The notes below the pieces were generated by a model. It did not search any database. It saw only the letters and a list, made by a program, of their open reading frames with translations, and was not told where the DNA came from. From the NCBI RefSeq assembly GCF_964204865.1, contig NC_135251.1, positions 21,948,001 through 22,012,000 of the forward strand: a DNA stretch of 64,000 nt, read 5' to 3'. Positions within the stretch are counted from its first letter, which is position 1. The number at the start of each line of letters is the position of its first letter. Below, one piece after another: positions 1 to 15,400 of this stretch. Made by a program: the position numbers and the translations under genes. The DNA is from Styela clava (taxonomy: Eukaryota).

Positions 1-3000
1 ACTCATGCTAATATCGCTGCCGTCATTAGAACGTGATAAAAAAAATGATTTCCAAACGTTATTGTTAGCTCAGGGAAATAACATCTTACGAAATTGTATA
101 CCTGTCCAATAGGTATCAATAATCCCTATTTTGACAAAAGATTTCACCCGCAAAAGAAAACTTCATTGTACCTATTCTGAGGTATCTAAAACTATTATAA
201 GCGTCAATTAACTAAATATAGAATCTAAGCTATATTTACATCACTGACTAACAAAAATAAAAGTTGTAAATCAAAACTATGAAAATAAATTCCGCTCCAC
301 ACATATCTCTAACCATGTGATCTATTAGGCGATAATAAATGTTGGTTAAAGACCGTATCATAATACATGTTATCACATGCTGTTAGTGGTAGCGCGGCAG
401 AAAAAGTACGTTATGGATGCTAGTGTTTGACCGTCGATGTTATAAATGTAGCAATTTTAAAAGTACAAGCAATTTGTAGACAATTATCTTCAAATTTACC
501 CCAAAATAACTTGTAGGTAGTAGAAAATTGCCTCCGTAATTTGAGAATCGGGCATCTAGCTCACATAAATATATACAAATGTTAATATAATTATATTGAA
601 TTTGTATATACTGGCTGTCAATATAAATTTGTAAATATACAGCATTCATCGATGTAAGATCTTATCAGATGTCTGACAAAAATAGGACATTGTCAATGTC
701 GCGTTTTATTACGTTTAGAATGAGTCACACTTTGATCGCGAAATGGCTATAAAATAAATCTTGCAATATTTTCCAGACACTTAGAAGATAATAATTACAT
801 GCTTTGCCACCTGAAACTGGACATTCAAATCATGGATCGTGGGGGCGTTGGATAAACTGTCTTCACGTGATACGTTCAATCTGATATTGGGGGGCAATTA
901 CTTGTATGCATTACTTGATTCATGCATTACAGGTTTATCATTGCACGATGAAATTTTGCAAGATTTTATGATAAGTGGTAACCAATTTTTTAAAAGTTGA
1001 AGAAAACTTGCACAGAAAAGCAAAGACATCAATTTCGAAGAACAAATAGCTAAATATTGCAAAGAGGTCCAATTTGAAAAAATAAAATAAAACTACTGTC
1101 ATTCGTAAGAGCCCATTGTCTACATGCATTGTGAATGCTTGATAACGTCAACGTTAGTTTATTTTCTCTGAAAAGTATATGATGTAACTATTTGTAAATC
1201 AGGCTCTAGCAAATGACATTATTATAACAAGATGAAAATTTCTCAATAATTATGACCCCATAAAAATTCCAATGACCCCAAATCTTAGTGCTAGACGTCT
1301 GACCATCATTTTCGGGTTTATTTTGAAATCCTGAAAAGTGACCTTTACAGTGGAATGCTCCATTAGCAATCCAAAATGACGGAATTGACCTGACTGATGT
1401 CATGAAAGTACCGCCATCTTGTCGTAATATACTTACCTGTCTATACGCAGACTATCAATTAAAGTAGATACGTCGTTATGCCGCGGTTCATGTAAGACTT
1501 TAAAGAATAACTAACTATACCTGTAAGGGTGAATTTCTCAATATAGGAAGTAACTGACCAATTGTCACAGAATTAATATTCCAATGTGGGGTCTCCGGTT
1601 CATGGTTCGGCCACCCAGTTAATAAATGTAGTGTTGACATTAAGTATTTCAATAATTTTGTGACGAGAGATAAGTAAGCTGTTGACAAAACGGATTATTT
1701 TAAATTTGATGGTTGCTCTATTTTCTGTTATACTACAAGAGTGAAAGTTCCCACGTCCTCGAATAACCCACACTTTACGAGTGAAGAATAAAATTTGGTG
1801 TTGCTCAGGTAAACTCTCTCCATGACCCCGGAACCCACGGTGATTGAAAAGGGCTGGGATTCAGTACGGCATAAAACTGGTACAAATGGAATTGATATTT
1901 GACCCCGTGAACAATTGAAAAGCACACCCTATTTATGCATTTAAATTTATCATTTAGTGCGTCTTCTCTTTCAAACGTGAAATTGTATCATGTCAAACAT
2001 TTTCCAAGGATGGGATACTGTTACGCCGATTAAAAAATAATGTTACCAATACCTCACGTTTGGTTAGGTTGCGGTGTCGTGGGTAAATGTTGACGGATGC
2101 CACGCGAGTGGGGTATCAGATTTTTTCATTCGATCTGAGTATCAGACGAATGCAAACAAAAGTCTATCTCTGGGTCATTAGCAACCAGATACATATGGTG
2201 ATTGTTTGGATTGTTCCGTGGTGTGGAATGTCAAATTAGAAGAAATATTTATCTTCTCCTCAGCAAGTTACAGAAAATTCACTTATCCCCCAAAGCGCTT
2301 TAAAAGAAATATTGTATAGTTTTTTAAAAATTAAGTTTGAAATCTTCGGCATGCTGTATGCAAACAAATTGCGTGAAACTTAAACCGTCTCGTTTATTGT
2401 TTGCGATTGTCCGTAACCACCAAACAGCTTGTACACACTACTGAGTCAAATCTAAGTTATTTGGAGTATTTGTATAACTGGGGTTCTGTCGCTGAAAATA
2501 TCAAAAATGCTGTTGGATTCAATGAATCATTCAAGTCCGAACTAAGCTTGAGTTTTCGGAAAAAATTTCAAATTTGTACACATTGTTTGGTAACACTTCT
2601 CTTTAGTATTTATCAAAAAAATATCATAGCGACAATTGTCAATATTCGCACTTTCGAATACGTACGTCATCATTACGTACGTTCAACATTAGGATCTTGT
2701 TTAATCTGGTGATAACTTTATTATAAAGTTAACGTGTACAAATGACCTTATTTGGTAAAGAGGGAAATTTTATTTTTCATAATAAGGTGGGATGTCAATA
2801 CTGAGATGATTGCTAGTTAGAACCTTTTGTTTGATTGAAATGGCCGATACGTAAAATTAGAAAATTGTTCGTATGTAATAAGGCTTATTGTTGGTGTCAT
2901 TTTGGCGTTGAAATTAGTTGTCGTTTGTGGTTGACAAGTTTTGCATAACATTTTTGACAAAAAAAAAATAGAAGAAAAAGAACTCCAACGCGATTTGTAT

Positions 3001-5368
3001 CATATAGAATACTTCATTGGTAATTTTTATGGTAGAACAACTATTTATTCCCCCATTTTTGCTCTTCAAATTCCCTCCTCAAAACTGTCAAATGACCACT
3101 AGGAAATAAAAAAAAAGAATTGCTCTACGGTACTCGCGTATGTCAAATTCTACATGGCGACAATCAAATATTGGGTTACAACGCTGAGTTATTTGATCTC
3201 AGTTTGGCTTGTTGGGCAGTAAGGAGACTTATTTCAAAGACGTGTCATGATATTGCAATACAAATGTGGTCGAAATTTTTATTTATTTATTTTCTGTTCA
3301 AATTGGCAAACAATTATGCTCTAGTTTGCTTGTGATATAAAATGTGTTAAAAAATTAAATTCAAACGTTTTTGAAATTCAGACATATTCAACCCATAATA
3401 ATTGATGCAGCATAATTTCGCGAAGTGACCTCGTTATATTAGTAAAATAACCGAATTTTTACAATGTATCCATGAGTACATGACGCACGAATCACCAAGT
3501 TGTAAACCTGAAATTCGTACGGCTATAGACTGTCACTAGATCCATTCTTAACCACAGTCCTGTTATAATTTGTTTTACCCACGCGATTTGTCATAAGACC
3601 GCAAAGGTCTGGCGTGCGCGATTACTCGGAAACGTGCTGTAATTGTAAATTTTGACCCAATTTGATTTTGGGTCCACCTGCTAAAGATATAAATTACTGA
3701 TATATGAAGTGATTTTATGGGAAACACCACATTTCCGAAAATAATTGGTTTAAATGTCCACATACACAAGTTGCTAATAATGCCAAATTTACGAGGAGAC
3801 ATAATTTTGTTCTATCACTCCCGTCGGAAATGGACTGGTCTAAACATTCGATGTGAAATAAAAGATGATTTCTACTTTTTAATGTTCTATGAAAAGTTTA
3901 AAATCAAATTACAGCCTGAACATCGCGCCACCCCAGGATATGTGTCCAGTATGCCTGCACAGAGTGTAAATATCCCCACGAAAAGTATTACTAAAAGTCA
4001 TTTCATTTATGGGATTATTGTTTTACACATCAGTTCCGCCTATTTCAAAATATTCATTCAATGGTAATGTCGTTCACGCATCCTTATGAAATTATCATCA
4101 ATTTTAATCAGTGATGATACGAATCAAACACAATGAATTCATTAATAATACAACAATGTTGGTGAATTATTGTCTCAATGATTTTGACAGGTCGAGTGCC
4201 CTTCCGCGATTGTTGATAGCAGGTCAACATTACAGCTGACTTTTCAGACGATGCTTCGTCATCATCAACTAACTTTCGGAATTTGACGTTTTTACCGGTA
4301 TTAGTATTGTGACTCAAGAATAACTTGACCTTCGATCAATGCTTCAAAAGTTCGTTACTGGACTGTAAATCTCAACCTCATTTTGCACTGCTTTTTTTCG
4401 GATGGAAAAGAGTTTGAGCTACCTAGCAGCGTTTTAAGAAGAAAATACCTCATATTAAAATTCAAAAACTTGACTGAGTGTTATTAACTAATAATAAGAC
4501 ATTTTTGATTGTTGTCTACTCTATTCCATATAAATCGATAACAGTCACAGCAGTAGTCAGTGTATACCAGGTATAGTATAAATGACTGTTTATGATGGCA
4601 TTTGCTGTAAGACGAATTGGGATTCATGAGCTAAGAATAAAGCTTTGGCGATCACATATTCGCTTAGATAGCGTTAACCACCCCACGCATACGAAATATT
4701 ATAAACCGTTCATTTTTAAATTTCTGAACCTGGCAGTCTTCAGTCTGTCTAACTGAAACAAACTATTTTTACAACCAACAAAAGCAAGTTTTGAGAAGCA
4801 TGTAAAAAACTTTGTTGAATAAATAAATAGATGCAAAAGTGCGAAAATTACCAAAAAGTACCATTTGAAAAATATGAATAATATAGAAAAATTATTGATT
4901 AAGCAGCACAACGGACGACAGAAAAAATGAATCATTAAAAACAATATTTTAATGGGAGTATTTTGCCTCAAAATTTCGAAAATAAAATCGTAAGTTTCTT
5001 TGGTCGAAATTTGATCAAAGCAACTGAATTTAGGATGATTCTAAATTTGGAACAGAGAACTCTATTTAGAGAAATTAATTTTTTGGTGCTGATTTAGCCC
5101 AAACACGAACTAATCAAAACATATCATATGGATTCACATATCGCCAATAATTAGCCAAAGCTATCTAAAATTGGCCAGTCACACGATACCAAATAATTTA
5201 CGGATATTTTCAGAGTGTATTGGTAGCTACTATTGGTTGAGATATACCATCCTTCTATTGTATCACAGTTTTGAGAATTTACGACTTCAAGGTCGAACGA
5301 CTACTTTAGACCTTTGGATTAGCAACATGAGAAATATATTAATTTAGCTTTGTAAAAATAAATATAGT

Positions 5369-5473
5369 GCTAACAATAAATTTCAAGTCTTTTCGGTCAG
5401 GTGTATAACTTACACAAGGCAGTGGGCAATTTACCTACAATACCGACCGAAAAGATTAGAATTTATTTTTAGC
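5369..5473. repeat. Imperfect inverted repeat / MITE-like hairpin
   Basis: gctaacaataaatttcaagtcttttcggtc ... gaccgaaaagattagaatttatttttagc; arms of about 30 bp. Confidence 0.6.
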
Positions 5474-6221
5474 AAACGTAGCAAGAGAATTACTTAATAA
5501 TAATAATAGATAAATAAGTATTGGGTGGCAGTTGAAAAAATAATAAAAGCATTAACACAAACTGAAATAAATCATCCAATTGGAAAATTTTAGTCAGGAT
5601 AGTAAATTGATTAATTTTATTTAAGCTCTTTGTTTTATAATCGAAATAATAAAGCTTGGCGTTGGTCAAAATTCTTCAGAGTCCAAGAAAATCACATTTC
5701 ATGATCACATGCATTTTTTGTATGTTTTATGTTATTAAAACAAATAATTTGACGTTATTTGGTCGCAGTTAAATAATTTCATATGAAATACTTACATTCA
5801 ATTCTGTTTGTGGGAGAAACATCAATAATAAATAATAGTAGAAAGAGTGAGAGATCAAGAAGCAACAACCATATCAAGCAAATGCTGTATAAATCCAGAT
5901 ATACGTAGAAAAATTAAAGTTTAAATAAAAGGTCTATGGTTTTATCAAGATTTAGAAAATAACACAGAAAAGTCATTGAGATCAATATCAAGCACACTGC
6001 TGACGGTATAATTTTGAAGATACAGCGGCGGTTGAGAAGGAAAGCAACAGTGAAATCCTTTGCGCGGAACTCAGGTACAGCAATTCACCAAATCGTATTC
6101 GCAGAAGTTCACTATGTTCATATTAACACGAATTATATATTCATCCCTTCGTGTTTGTTGGTTCATAGTACGGCGGCGTGAATACAAACCGGCAGTCGCT
6201 CATTTACTGATACTTAAGCCG

Positions 6222-8637
6222 TCACGTGCGTTCTTCGTCAAGAAGTCCCTTTAAAAGTAATCCCATTTCTTCAATTTTAGTAATGGGAATTACAAAATCA
6301 CTCGCCGAAATGTCACTTTTAATAGAAAGTTTTTTACTTCTCACTGGTGAGCGAGTTACAAAAATATATCTTGTGTTTTCCTCGACGTATTCGGCGCAGT
6401 CGCAGTTACGGGATTTGAGGGTCACAGGGGATTTTCCTTTGACGCGTTTTAGTGATATTTGTCCTCGTTTTGACTTGATTAATTTCATGTTTCCCAACTT
6501 CCATTGCCTTTGTGTCTTTCGTTTTGATGGTGGAATTATTTCTTCAACAGTTGCGACGTACACTAAAAATACATAACTGTATTAATAATCTGTTTATATT
6601 ACACAGCGTGCAATTATCGATAATTTTTATTAAGATCAAACCATGTTTCGTTAAAAATCAATTCGAAATTTTAATTAAAAAGTAAAATATGAAAGCAAAC
6701 TCACCATAAACTTTTCCGCGTATAGCTTGGATTTTTTCTGCCGTGATTGTGCATTCTGAAAAAAATACAAACATTTTTTACAAATATAACAATAATTTCA
6801 AACAAGTATGATAAGACATTTCATAGTTATCTTACTTTTCATTTAATGTTTTATATTACCATACAACTATACTCACTTTGTTCGAATAAAGGACATTGAA
6901 TTTTTTCCACTGAATCTCCGTTACAATCATGAGTTTCTGGATAGTAAGGCTTTTTCCGACAGCATCTGTAAATTAAAATGTAATATTTTACAACCAGCAA
7001 TTTAAATTTCATAAAAGTAGTGAATTAAAAAACAATTGAGAATTTATTTTACCTTGCTCCACTGTTGTACGAAACGGCAGCTGAGACTTCATTAACGCAG
7101 CAAATCTGTGTGTCTGGGTCATAATAGTTGGTTCCAGAGTCGCAGCAGGTGTTTCCCAATAGTTTCAGACCTTTATAAAATTTGTAACCGCAGCACAAAT
7201 CAGCTGATGTATTGTAGATTTTACTGGAACCGCACATCGCTTCTTGAGGACCGAGATTGTAAACTCCTCCATTTACGCACACCTGTTGAAGAAAACACAA
7301 AATAAATTAAAATTCGATTGAAAACTAACTCCCAGGAAATCTGACAAGCTCAGTATATTGAGATCAAAATCACTTCGTTTAATTACACTATATATCCACT
7401 TTCAAAGTTAGTTGCACAACAAGTAATGAAAAATTACGTACCGTTTTGTCATCTCTTGTGTAAGGGGTTACTGAAACACCTCCTGACCCTGCATGGAAAC
7501 ATATGTCATTTTGATTCGGATCTGTTTTTTGATATAACTTGCCGCTGGCACACAGAAACGAAAACATGTCATATACTTGTGGTCGAGGCCCCATGCAACA
7601 ACCATGCGTCTTTGGATCGTAGAGTGGAGCTTTTCTTGAACTACCGCAGGATTTGATACCGGGACTAGCTGTTGAAAATAACAGAGAATTTATATTTTTA
7701 ATAGAAGAATAATTTTTAGGATAATTGTTTTTAATATGTAATAATAATATTTAGGACTTTGGTGAATGCACTTATAGTATTTATAATAAAATAGAAAATG
7801 AAAAAATAAAAAAAATGAAGGAAAATTACTTTTGTTATTGACTCGTAGAGCACCGTGTTCTGTATGGTCACAAGATTGCTTCAGGGGGTCGTATGGGACA
7901 TCTAAGCAACACCTTCCGTACGGTAATGCCGTCAAGTTTTGTCTTCTTCTACGCGGGTCGTTGTGTGTCTGAAGACAGCACGTTTGTTCTGACTTTTTAT
8001 ATTTGACCCCCGAACAACAAGAATCATCTGGCCCAGTCAGATATTCTCCTAAGCAACATTCACCACCTGTGGAATAGAAAAAATGTTCGTTTCAATGCGA
8101 GTAAAGATATCGTTGTTACATTGTTTGCATTCGTTCTGTCGACGAATGATTATGTAGTAAATTTTGTAACAAACAGAACTTACCTGGGTGCTTGTTATGT
8201 ATGTTTCCGTTGCAACAAACTTGTGATGTTGTGTTGTAAACGTTCTTACCGCAATTTAATTCTTCTGGTGCTCGCGCTCGTATTGCACCGTGAACACAAA
8301 TTTGATCAAGAATGTTGTACATTCGTCCAGAACCTAAGTAACAAAACAAAAAAATTTCGATATATATCGTGTGCTGGCGGGAAATGGTACACAATTAATT
8401 TACAACGTATTACATACCTTGACAACATTCGAAGCCGTCCCTCATAGAAAGTACTTGGAAGGTTCCTGGATTGGGCCCGTCACAACAAAGCAGTCCTTGT
8501 TTTCGGCAGGAAAATCTTTGATCTCCTCGATAGCATAAATTATTTTTACACGACAAAACAGATGGACTTGACGGTTTGGCAGTTGAAGTTCCCAAGAGTA
8601 GGTACATCAAAACACATATCATCGCTGCAAATAACAT
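6222..8637 (-). CDS. Secreted galaxin-like di-cysteine-repeat protein with C-terminal NTR/C345C-like domain, paralogue 1 (~514 aa, 8 exons)
   Basis: Exons 8418-8637, 8184-8333, 7830-8066, 7442-7668, 7053-7282, 6877-6965, 6705-6755, 6222-6562; all GT-AG, phases consistent, 1545 nt. Signal peptide MLFAAMICVLMYLLLGTSTA; repeated CC...Y[ND]P..Q.CC motifs (YNTTSQVCCNG, YDPKTHGCC, YDPDTQICC); C-terminal basic module with CDCAEYVEENTRYIFVT. Confidence 0.88.
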
Positions 8638-8873
8638 TTTGTCAGTACTGTTATTGAATTTTAAAATCTAAATGTGCGGAACTTTGCCGGAGGTCAGGGT
8701 CTTCTAACAATGAGGTAATATCTTGTGACTTGTAACACTTTTTAACGTCACTCCCAATTACAGAAACTAATTTCGCAGAAATTTAGTATCTAATGCTTCC
8801 TTCTAAGAAGACAGTTGTGCAGGCACTGAGGGCATTTAAAAGCAGCCGCATCAATGTAACGCCGATTCCGGTA

Positions 8874-8880
8874 TTTATAT
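8874..8880 (-). promoter_or_regulatory. Candidate TATA box of paralogue 1
   Basis: Minus strand reads GGTATATAAATAC about 240 nt upstream of the ATG; weak evidence in AT-rich DNA. Confidence 0.3.
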
Positions 8881-11800
8881 ACCGAGCAATTAATCTTTTT
8901 ACGCCATGAAAAAACGCCGGTTTTCGGCGTCATAAGGTATTTGTACGGGATGGTGCAATCCAAAACAACGATTAGGCAAGCGTCGAGTTGAAAAGAACGA
9001 ATGATAACAAACGCACGTGTCTTTGACAGCGCGTGTTCTCTCGTTTTACCGTTCGCTATATTTCATATTCAATGCACAGCACAATCAAATGAAAGGAAGC
9101 TTATTACGTTCAACACAACATATTATAGCGTTCAATACATAATTTAATTGAAGATACGCAATTGTTTCTGTATGATTTCTGATATATACGCAATGTATTT
9201 TAAAAAAATTTTTAAAACCTGTTGGCTAATAACTTTGTGATCGTATTTGTAGGTACAAGATATACCGATAAAACAACTTACCTATTTCACAGTTAGTCAT
9301 CTTTTCTGTTATAAGGATGTTCTCAGTTCAGTTAAACAAATTTCTGTATATCCCAAACCGCTTGTAGCAGGACCTGTGTTTTAGGACGATCACTGTTAAC
9401 TATTCTGCAAAAGGTAATGTCCGTCGTTTTTATATTTGTTTCAAAATATAGTCTGGGCCATTTCAGGGGACTTTTTTCGAGTGAGATCATTTGTCGTCAT
9501 CTACGTATTTTTATTTTTTATTGTACCAATACCTCAGATGAGATGAAAAGAATCGACTTGAAATCGAGATATCTGTGATTTGTTGTTTATGAAAAAGGCA
9601 TCTTTGTTTCACTTCAGTTTCGAGATACGCTAGACTGCACACCACGATTCAAAGAGAATGGAGGATAGACCATAACCACGCCGTGACGCGACCGGCTTTC
9701 GATTGCTTTCTGTCGGCGTTGTCTTTTACCTGGCGCTGGGGAAAGTTTTTGTAGTTTTCGTGGTATTGTGAGTGTGCTGAAGAAGTACAAGTATTAATTA
9801 GTATTCCACATGTGTTTTGGTATTTTGTAGTTATTGTATTTTGACCATGAAAGTTGAGTATATTTTAGATAAGTTTCAGTTTTAGCCGTGAATGTTGGAA
9901 CTGCGCAGAATGGATTTTACAAGGTAAATATGCCGATACCTGTTTACACAGCCCAGCAGCTAGACGGGATATAATCATCGGTACTGTTGTACTGAATTGG
10001 TGCGTACGGTATTATGCTTGTACACGTGAAAAAAAACTTAGTTATACTGTTATAGGTGAATAGTTCGCCCAGCCCAAATACTGGAATAAGATCGTTGGCT
10101 TATGTCATGTATATTATTCATTGGCTATTTTTATCATATTTAATCACGAGTTCTTGAATTAAACTACATTTAACCTGACATTTTATAACCTTCACACTTA
10201 TGTTGTAGTCTAATACAGTAATACTTGTATCAAGTTTTTTTCCAGTATTATCTGCGAACTTTAGGGTGTGTATGAGTATTATAAGTATATAAACACTAAA
10301 AATGAGATTGAACACAGGACCATAAATAACAATATCTAAAAATTGTTAGCTCATTTATTGTCATTTTTGTATTAATATAATTGCATTGAATTGAATACAG
10401 TATTTGGGTAATAGCCATCTTTAATCAGTTTGTTTATTTATTATTTGATGTGTTGCGATGTTGTTAGCCTAGCATATAAAATGTATTCATAATTAAAGTT
10501 TTGTTCATAACAATTCAAACATAATTTATCCTTTCAACATAAAAGTCAGATATATATCATTAAGCAACTGACTGACCTCTACAAGAATTTCTTACTGTTT
10601 GCCTTATTCTAGCACTGAAATGACAAGACTATATTGATGGTTTAAAAGTTTGATTAGAATGGAAATACCTCACTTGTGCTCTTCTCTATAGCTTTTAATA
10701 CGATCTACCTTTTTCGTTGCAAATATATGCGTTTGATATAAATTGCTGACATATTGTGCATTTTTCATAGATTTTGAGTGACTTCCATATCAAATGATAA
10801 CTACCGGTAAATTGTATGAAAATTACCAAAGGTCATGAATTTTTTGCAATTTAGTTTCTGGGGAACTATTGGGTCATTATAGCAATATTCAAGATGTTCC
10901 ACCTGTACCTGGTGGTTTGAAATAGGAAAGTCATCATATATTTTGTCGGTACCTCTCATCCTAAAATATCATACAGGGTTGGACATAAAAATGGGTTTGT
11001 ATTGGGATTACTTTGTCTATATAATTTGGACCTTTGAAATTTTAAATTGCTCTGATGCAAAATATACCATATTTATCTATATAGCTTGTTGTCACCCCTA
11101 AATTTTTTCCAAACTGGTCTCACTCTCAGGAAAAAGGCCTGCCGAATCAATCATGACTATATTGTTTATTTATGGAACCGCTTTGTGAAGGGAGTCAAAA
11201 AAGTTTTTGGAATGATCTATAATAGTTTTCAATGATTATCTGTTGTGTCTGTATTCATGAATATAAATTTAAAAAAATCAACTGCAACGTCATTTGGAAA
11301 TGAAACAAGTGCAATAATGGTTTTGACGAGAAAAATACTCAATAAATATATATAAATATTAACACCATTTCTGACCAAATTAAGGAAATATGCAAAGTAG
11401 TCCCTTGTAGGGGCTGATTCACAAAAGATAAATATAATTCTTACTGGTTAGAGAAGGGGGTTTTAATTTTATCAAAGTGGCAACCTGTTTTTTTTTCATA
11501 TCTCTATTTCTGTTCACTGAATTATCATATTTTAATTAAATAACCATTGCCCATAACACCTTACTCAGTTTCTACTCAATAGTACACACAAAACAGTGAG
11601 TATATCACATGGTAAATATTTTTGACATCTTTGGCAATAATTTATCCTTAAGCTAGGTGGAATAGAAATGTAGTTTAATTGGAGTTTGCTGGTTTCCAAT
11701 ATCTCAATAACTGACATTATTGCTAATATAAATATAATTGACATCTTTAAGTATTTCTAACATAGTAATTTTTGTTTTTTTCAAACCAATTGCCAATGGT

Positions 11801-12453
11801 AAAAAAAAATAATGCCACATTTTTTATTTCAAAATTTAATATGAATCAATGTTATCACATCATCATCATCTGCATTATAACATCACACAATTCTTAAAAA
11901 CCTCTATAAAATTTATAAGCTTCAAATTATAAATTTGAACATTCAAATTTTAAATCTATACACAATAATGACTGTTTCTGCTATATTTACAACTTTCCTA
12001 ATGGTGCTACCAAACTTCCTGCACTGCCTTCTGGGTCCTTTTTAATTGAATGAAGAAGGTTTTGCATTTTTATACAATAAAGAAACAAAACATTTCTCCT
12101 TCTTTCCACATTGGTTGTGTGGTCATGTTCTGGGCAAGTCTGGGCAAGATATCATTATTGACCGCCAATGTCTTGTTTTGTTCTCATGCTATTAGTAATT
12201 GTATTTTTTTTCAATAAGCGATTTATCTCTAATAGTTCACTTACATATTATGAACTTGGGTCTCCTTCTCTAATTGCTGTACCTTTTTCTCTGCTTTTTG
12301 TTTAAACCATAGATATATTATGATGCATTTTATATTTATCTATCAACTGTCTGTCTGAACCTTCATAACTCGGTTGTTGAGATTTTGCCGAACTACTAAT
12401 TTGTCAGACACTGACTGAATTTATATATCTTTGGTCACTTTGGTTTCATCAAA

Positions 12454-15400
12454 ATGGCCAATCCAGAAAAAGGTAAGTCATTAGGATGTATTATATATCA
12501 CTAGTTGCAATTTGTGCTAATTGATCAATTGTCCAGTTTGTATGTACTGGAAGTAATTATCGTATTTTACAAAATGTTTATTTGTTTTGTGCTTTTATGG
12601 TTTTTCTTCAATTGAATAGGCGACTATTTACAGTAGATAAACTGTTATTATTATTAATTTGTCTTGTTTTCACACCTCGTTTGACGCCTTGTTCAATGGG
12701 CTTTTGATGGAATCAGACGGGTGCCTTTTCATGTAGTTGATATTTAAAAGAAAATTGTATCATTGAAGGTGTGAAAATGATTTGTACTTCGGGAAAACAA
12801 TGGTTTTAAAGTGTGATTGGAGAATGCCGGACATTCTTTGTCTTTTACATTTAGTCATCCTCCAGTCTTCGAGGCACCAGCACTGGCATCATTTATTGTT
12901 TGTTTTATGAATGAAAAGATGGAAAGCAATGTGAACAGTCGTCCCATTTGTCGGTTATTGGTAGTTTACAGAGTGCCCATGTCTGATATTTTTTTTTATG
13001 TCTCCAATTATATACAGTGGGTTGTATTATTAGGCTTTTAGCATTTATCCAGTAACAGTTGAATTTGTCGCGTCTGATTGCTACATTCCCTAGACACTGG
13101 CGACATCTTTTCACACCTTTTCGAGACATTGGTGTGATATTACACATGTCCCAACACCTTTGATCCTTTGTCCTCTTATGTTTGTGTTTTTGTTTCTTAA
13201 ATATAATCAATACTAATTATTATTAATAATTTTATAGAATTTTTATACATCATGAGGTCATTCTATTTCGAAATTATTCTACATTGCAAGTATATCTATT
13301 GAAACTTTTTACTAGTTGTACACTAATTGAATGTAATTCATATTGCATCTGGTTTTTGAAATTATCTAAAGGGAGACGAGCAACTTTCATCAACAGTATT
13401 TTGATGAATTGTTTTGAAAAAAAGCCTCCAAACAATGAGGACGTTAATTATTTTAGGCAATCACCCTTGAATAAAAATCACTTGACAAATTTTTTCAACA
13501 CTTAAATAAAAATATACTAGTTAATTAAAGATTCATATCCAATGCAACTAGTGCTGCCTTTCTGATAGCTATAAATCTATCTTTATTACTGTATTGCCAG
13601 TAGATGAGTGTTGACACTAGACTTGAAATAATTCAAGTCAACACTGTCAATTTATTTAAAAATATATATTCTCCTTTATATTGTAACAGTCTCAGCTGAA
13701 AATCCTCTACATCTATCATGGCATGACAGTGCTTGGATTCCTTTGTTGAACAGAGGAAATGTCCTCAAATATTTCTCCGAACGCAGTAACTCTTTTTATG
13801 ACAGCCAATGCAACAATGAAATTATAAAAATGCAAGGATTAAGTCTGGATCACTTGACGTAAGATTGGGTTTGCTTTATAGTATTAGGTCTAAACTTTCA
13901 TTTTAAAATCATTCCTGCTTGTTTTAATGATATTCTTGTTCATTGAAAAGTATACAAGTGATAAGGTAATTGAATATAGTAAAATGGTATAGTCACAATC
14001 ACCAATCACAAATATAAATTTGAATTAATTTTCAAGTCGAAGACCAAAGGTTCACAGAATCTAGGAATGGGTAATTTCCAGAACTTTTTTTTTTTTTAGG
14101 AACATGACAGGTATAGAATACACATTGCTACATTGCCAAGAACCAATATTATACATAATCAGGAAACAAATGAGACATTCACCCACACATGGTAAGTAAC
14201 CAGGTTCCTCTTTGCTAATATGACAATTTATCGATTCAAATTTATTATACTTTATTATTTTCTGTTATCATATACTAACTATGAGACGAGGGTTGGCACC
14301 TAATCAGTGATATAAATGCTTTGCTGATGTGCGCTGATGTCTATCTTAATCGCCACTGACCTACGTATTTGCCACTGACTTACATCACCACTGACTTACT
14401 TAATCATCTACTCCAAAGAAGAATGGGTAATTATTGGAATAAATTGTGAGATTAAAATAAGAACATTAGATTAAAATAAGTTCATATGCTTATCACCATG
14501 AATCATGTGTTAAAATCTGATTCAAGTACCAAGTATAAAAACAATTTCTTTAGGTTATAGCATATTAACGTTTTAGTAAAAATGGCTAATCAAATTGTTC
14601 TTGATAGCCATTGATTTGGAAGTTTAATTTAGTTTTTTGATCATGTTTCCTATGCAAACTTTGAATGACTCCTCTTGACCATAGCCAGTATGAAACTTCA
14701 TTTAGGATCCATTTCTCCTTTAGATTTAAAGTGTGCAAAAGTGATTCATGCTTCAGAAATGCAAACGTAATGGTATTAATGCGTAAGTATTGCCGCCAGC
14801 TTGAAGTGGCAATATTGCATAACATGTGCACTGTACGTATTGCTTTCTTGCCAAAACGACAAATAAATCTTGAGGCAAAATGCCTCATCGTGAAATACCG
14901 AACACGCGTATTGCTCATATATTTTTATCGTAAAGTCAATACAGCAATTTCTTATATAATATTAGCTGAAGCGTTGTTTTCCTTGAAACTCCCAAGTCTT
15001 CCGTAACCATATTTGGCATTTATTTGCCTTCGCTGAACACCTTCAGTTGCGACAGGTTAAAATTGATAAAACATTAAATTTGATGGTAACAATGCACGTG
15101 GGCGACCAATAACAGAACAATTCCTAATTTTTCCCCGCCTACGATAGACTCAAAAGTCTATAGAACTACCTGTAAATTTTTTTCAGGGGTTTCATGAAGT
15201 GTGAAACTGTTTTTAAATACCCTAATTCTCTAACCTACGTTAGAATTGTTCTTTGGAGGTTGTCTTATCACCGGCACATACTTAATACTGTGCAACATGA
15301 CGTGAAAGCACTCGTGCCGGTGATGTAATATTTGATCGTCGGATTCCTGCCCAATGAGGTGAGATACCGGAATAGAACGACCGCTTCTTCCGTAGAAAAG

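Noticed and set aside
1-5000. Scattered 60-116-aa ORFs
   Set aside because: No recognisable motifs or consistent splice chain; treated as intergenic, although small exons cannot be excluded.
6226-6576. 116-aa plus-strand ORF and similar ORFs (7108, 7426, 8121, 24347, 25265, 25690, 35386, 35743, 36305, 51706)
   Set aside because: Antisense shadows of real exons on the other strand.
9725-9750. ttacctggc...gggga resembling the U1 snRNA 5' end
   Set aside because: Similarity ends after about 9 nt and no further U1 structure follows.
14372-14400. Short ccactgac(t/c)tac repeats and other mini-repeats (19483, 32131)
   Set aside because: Two or three copies without unique spacers; not CRISPR-like, probably slippage.
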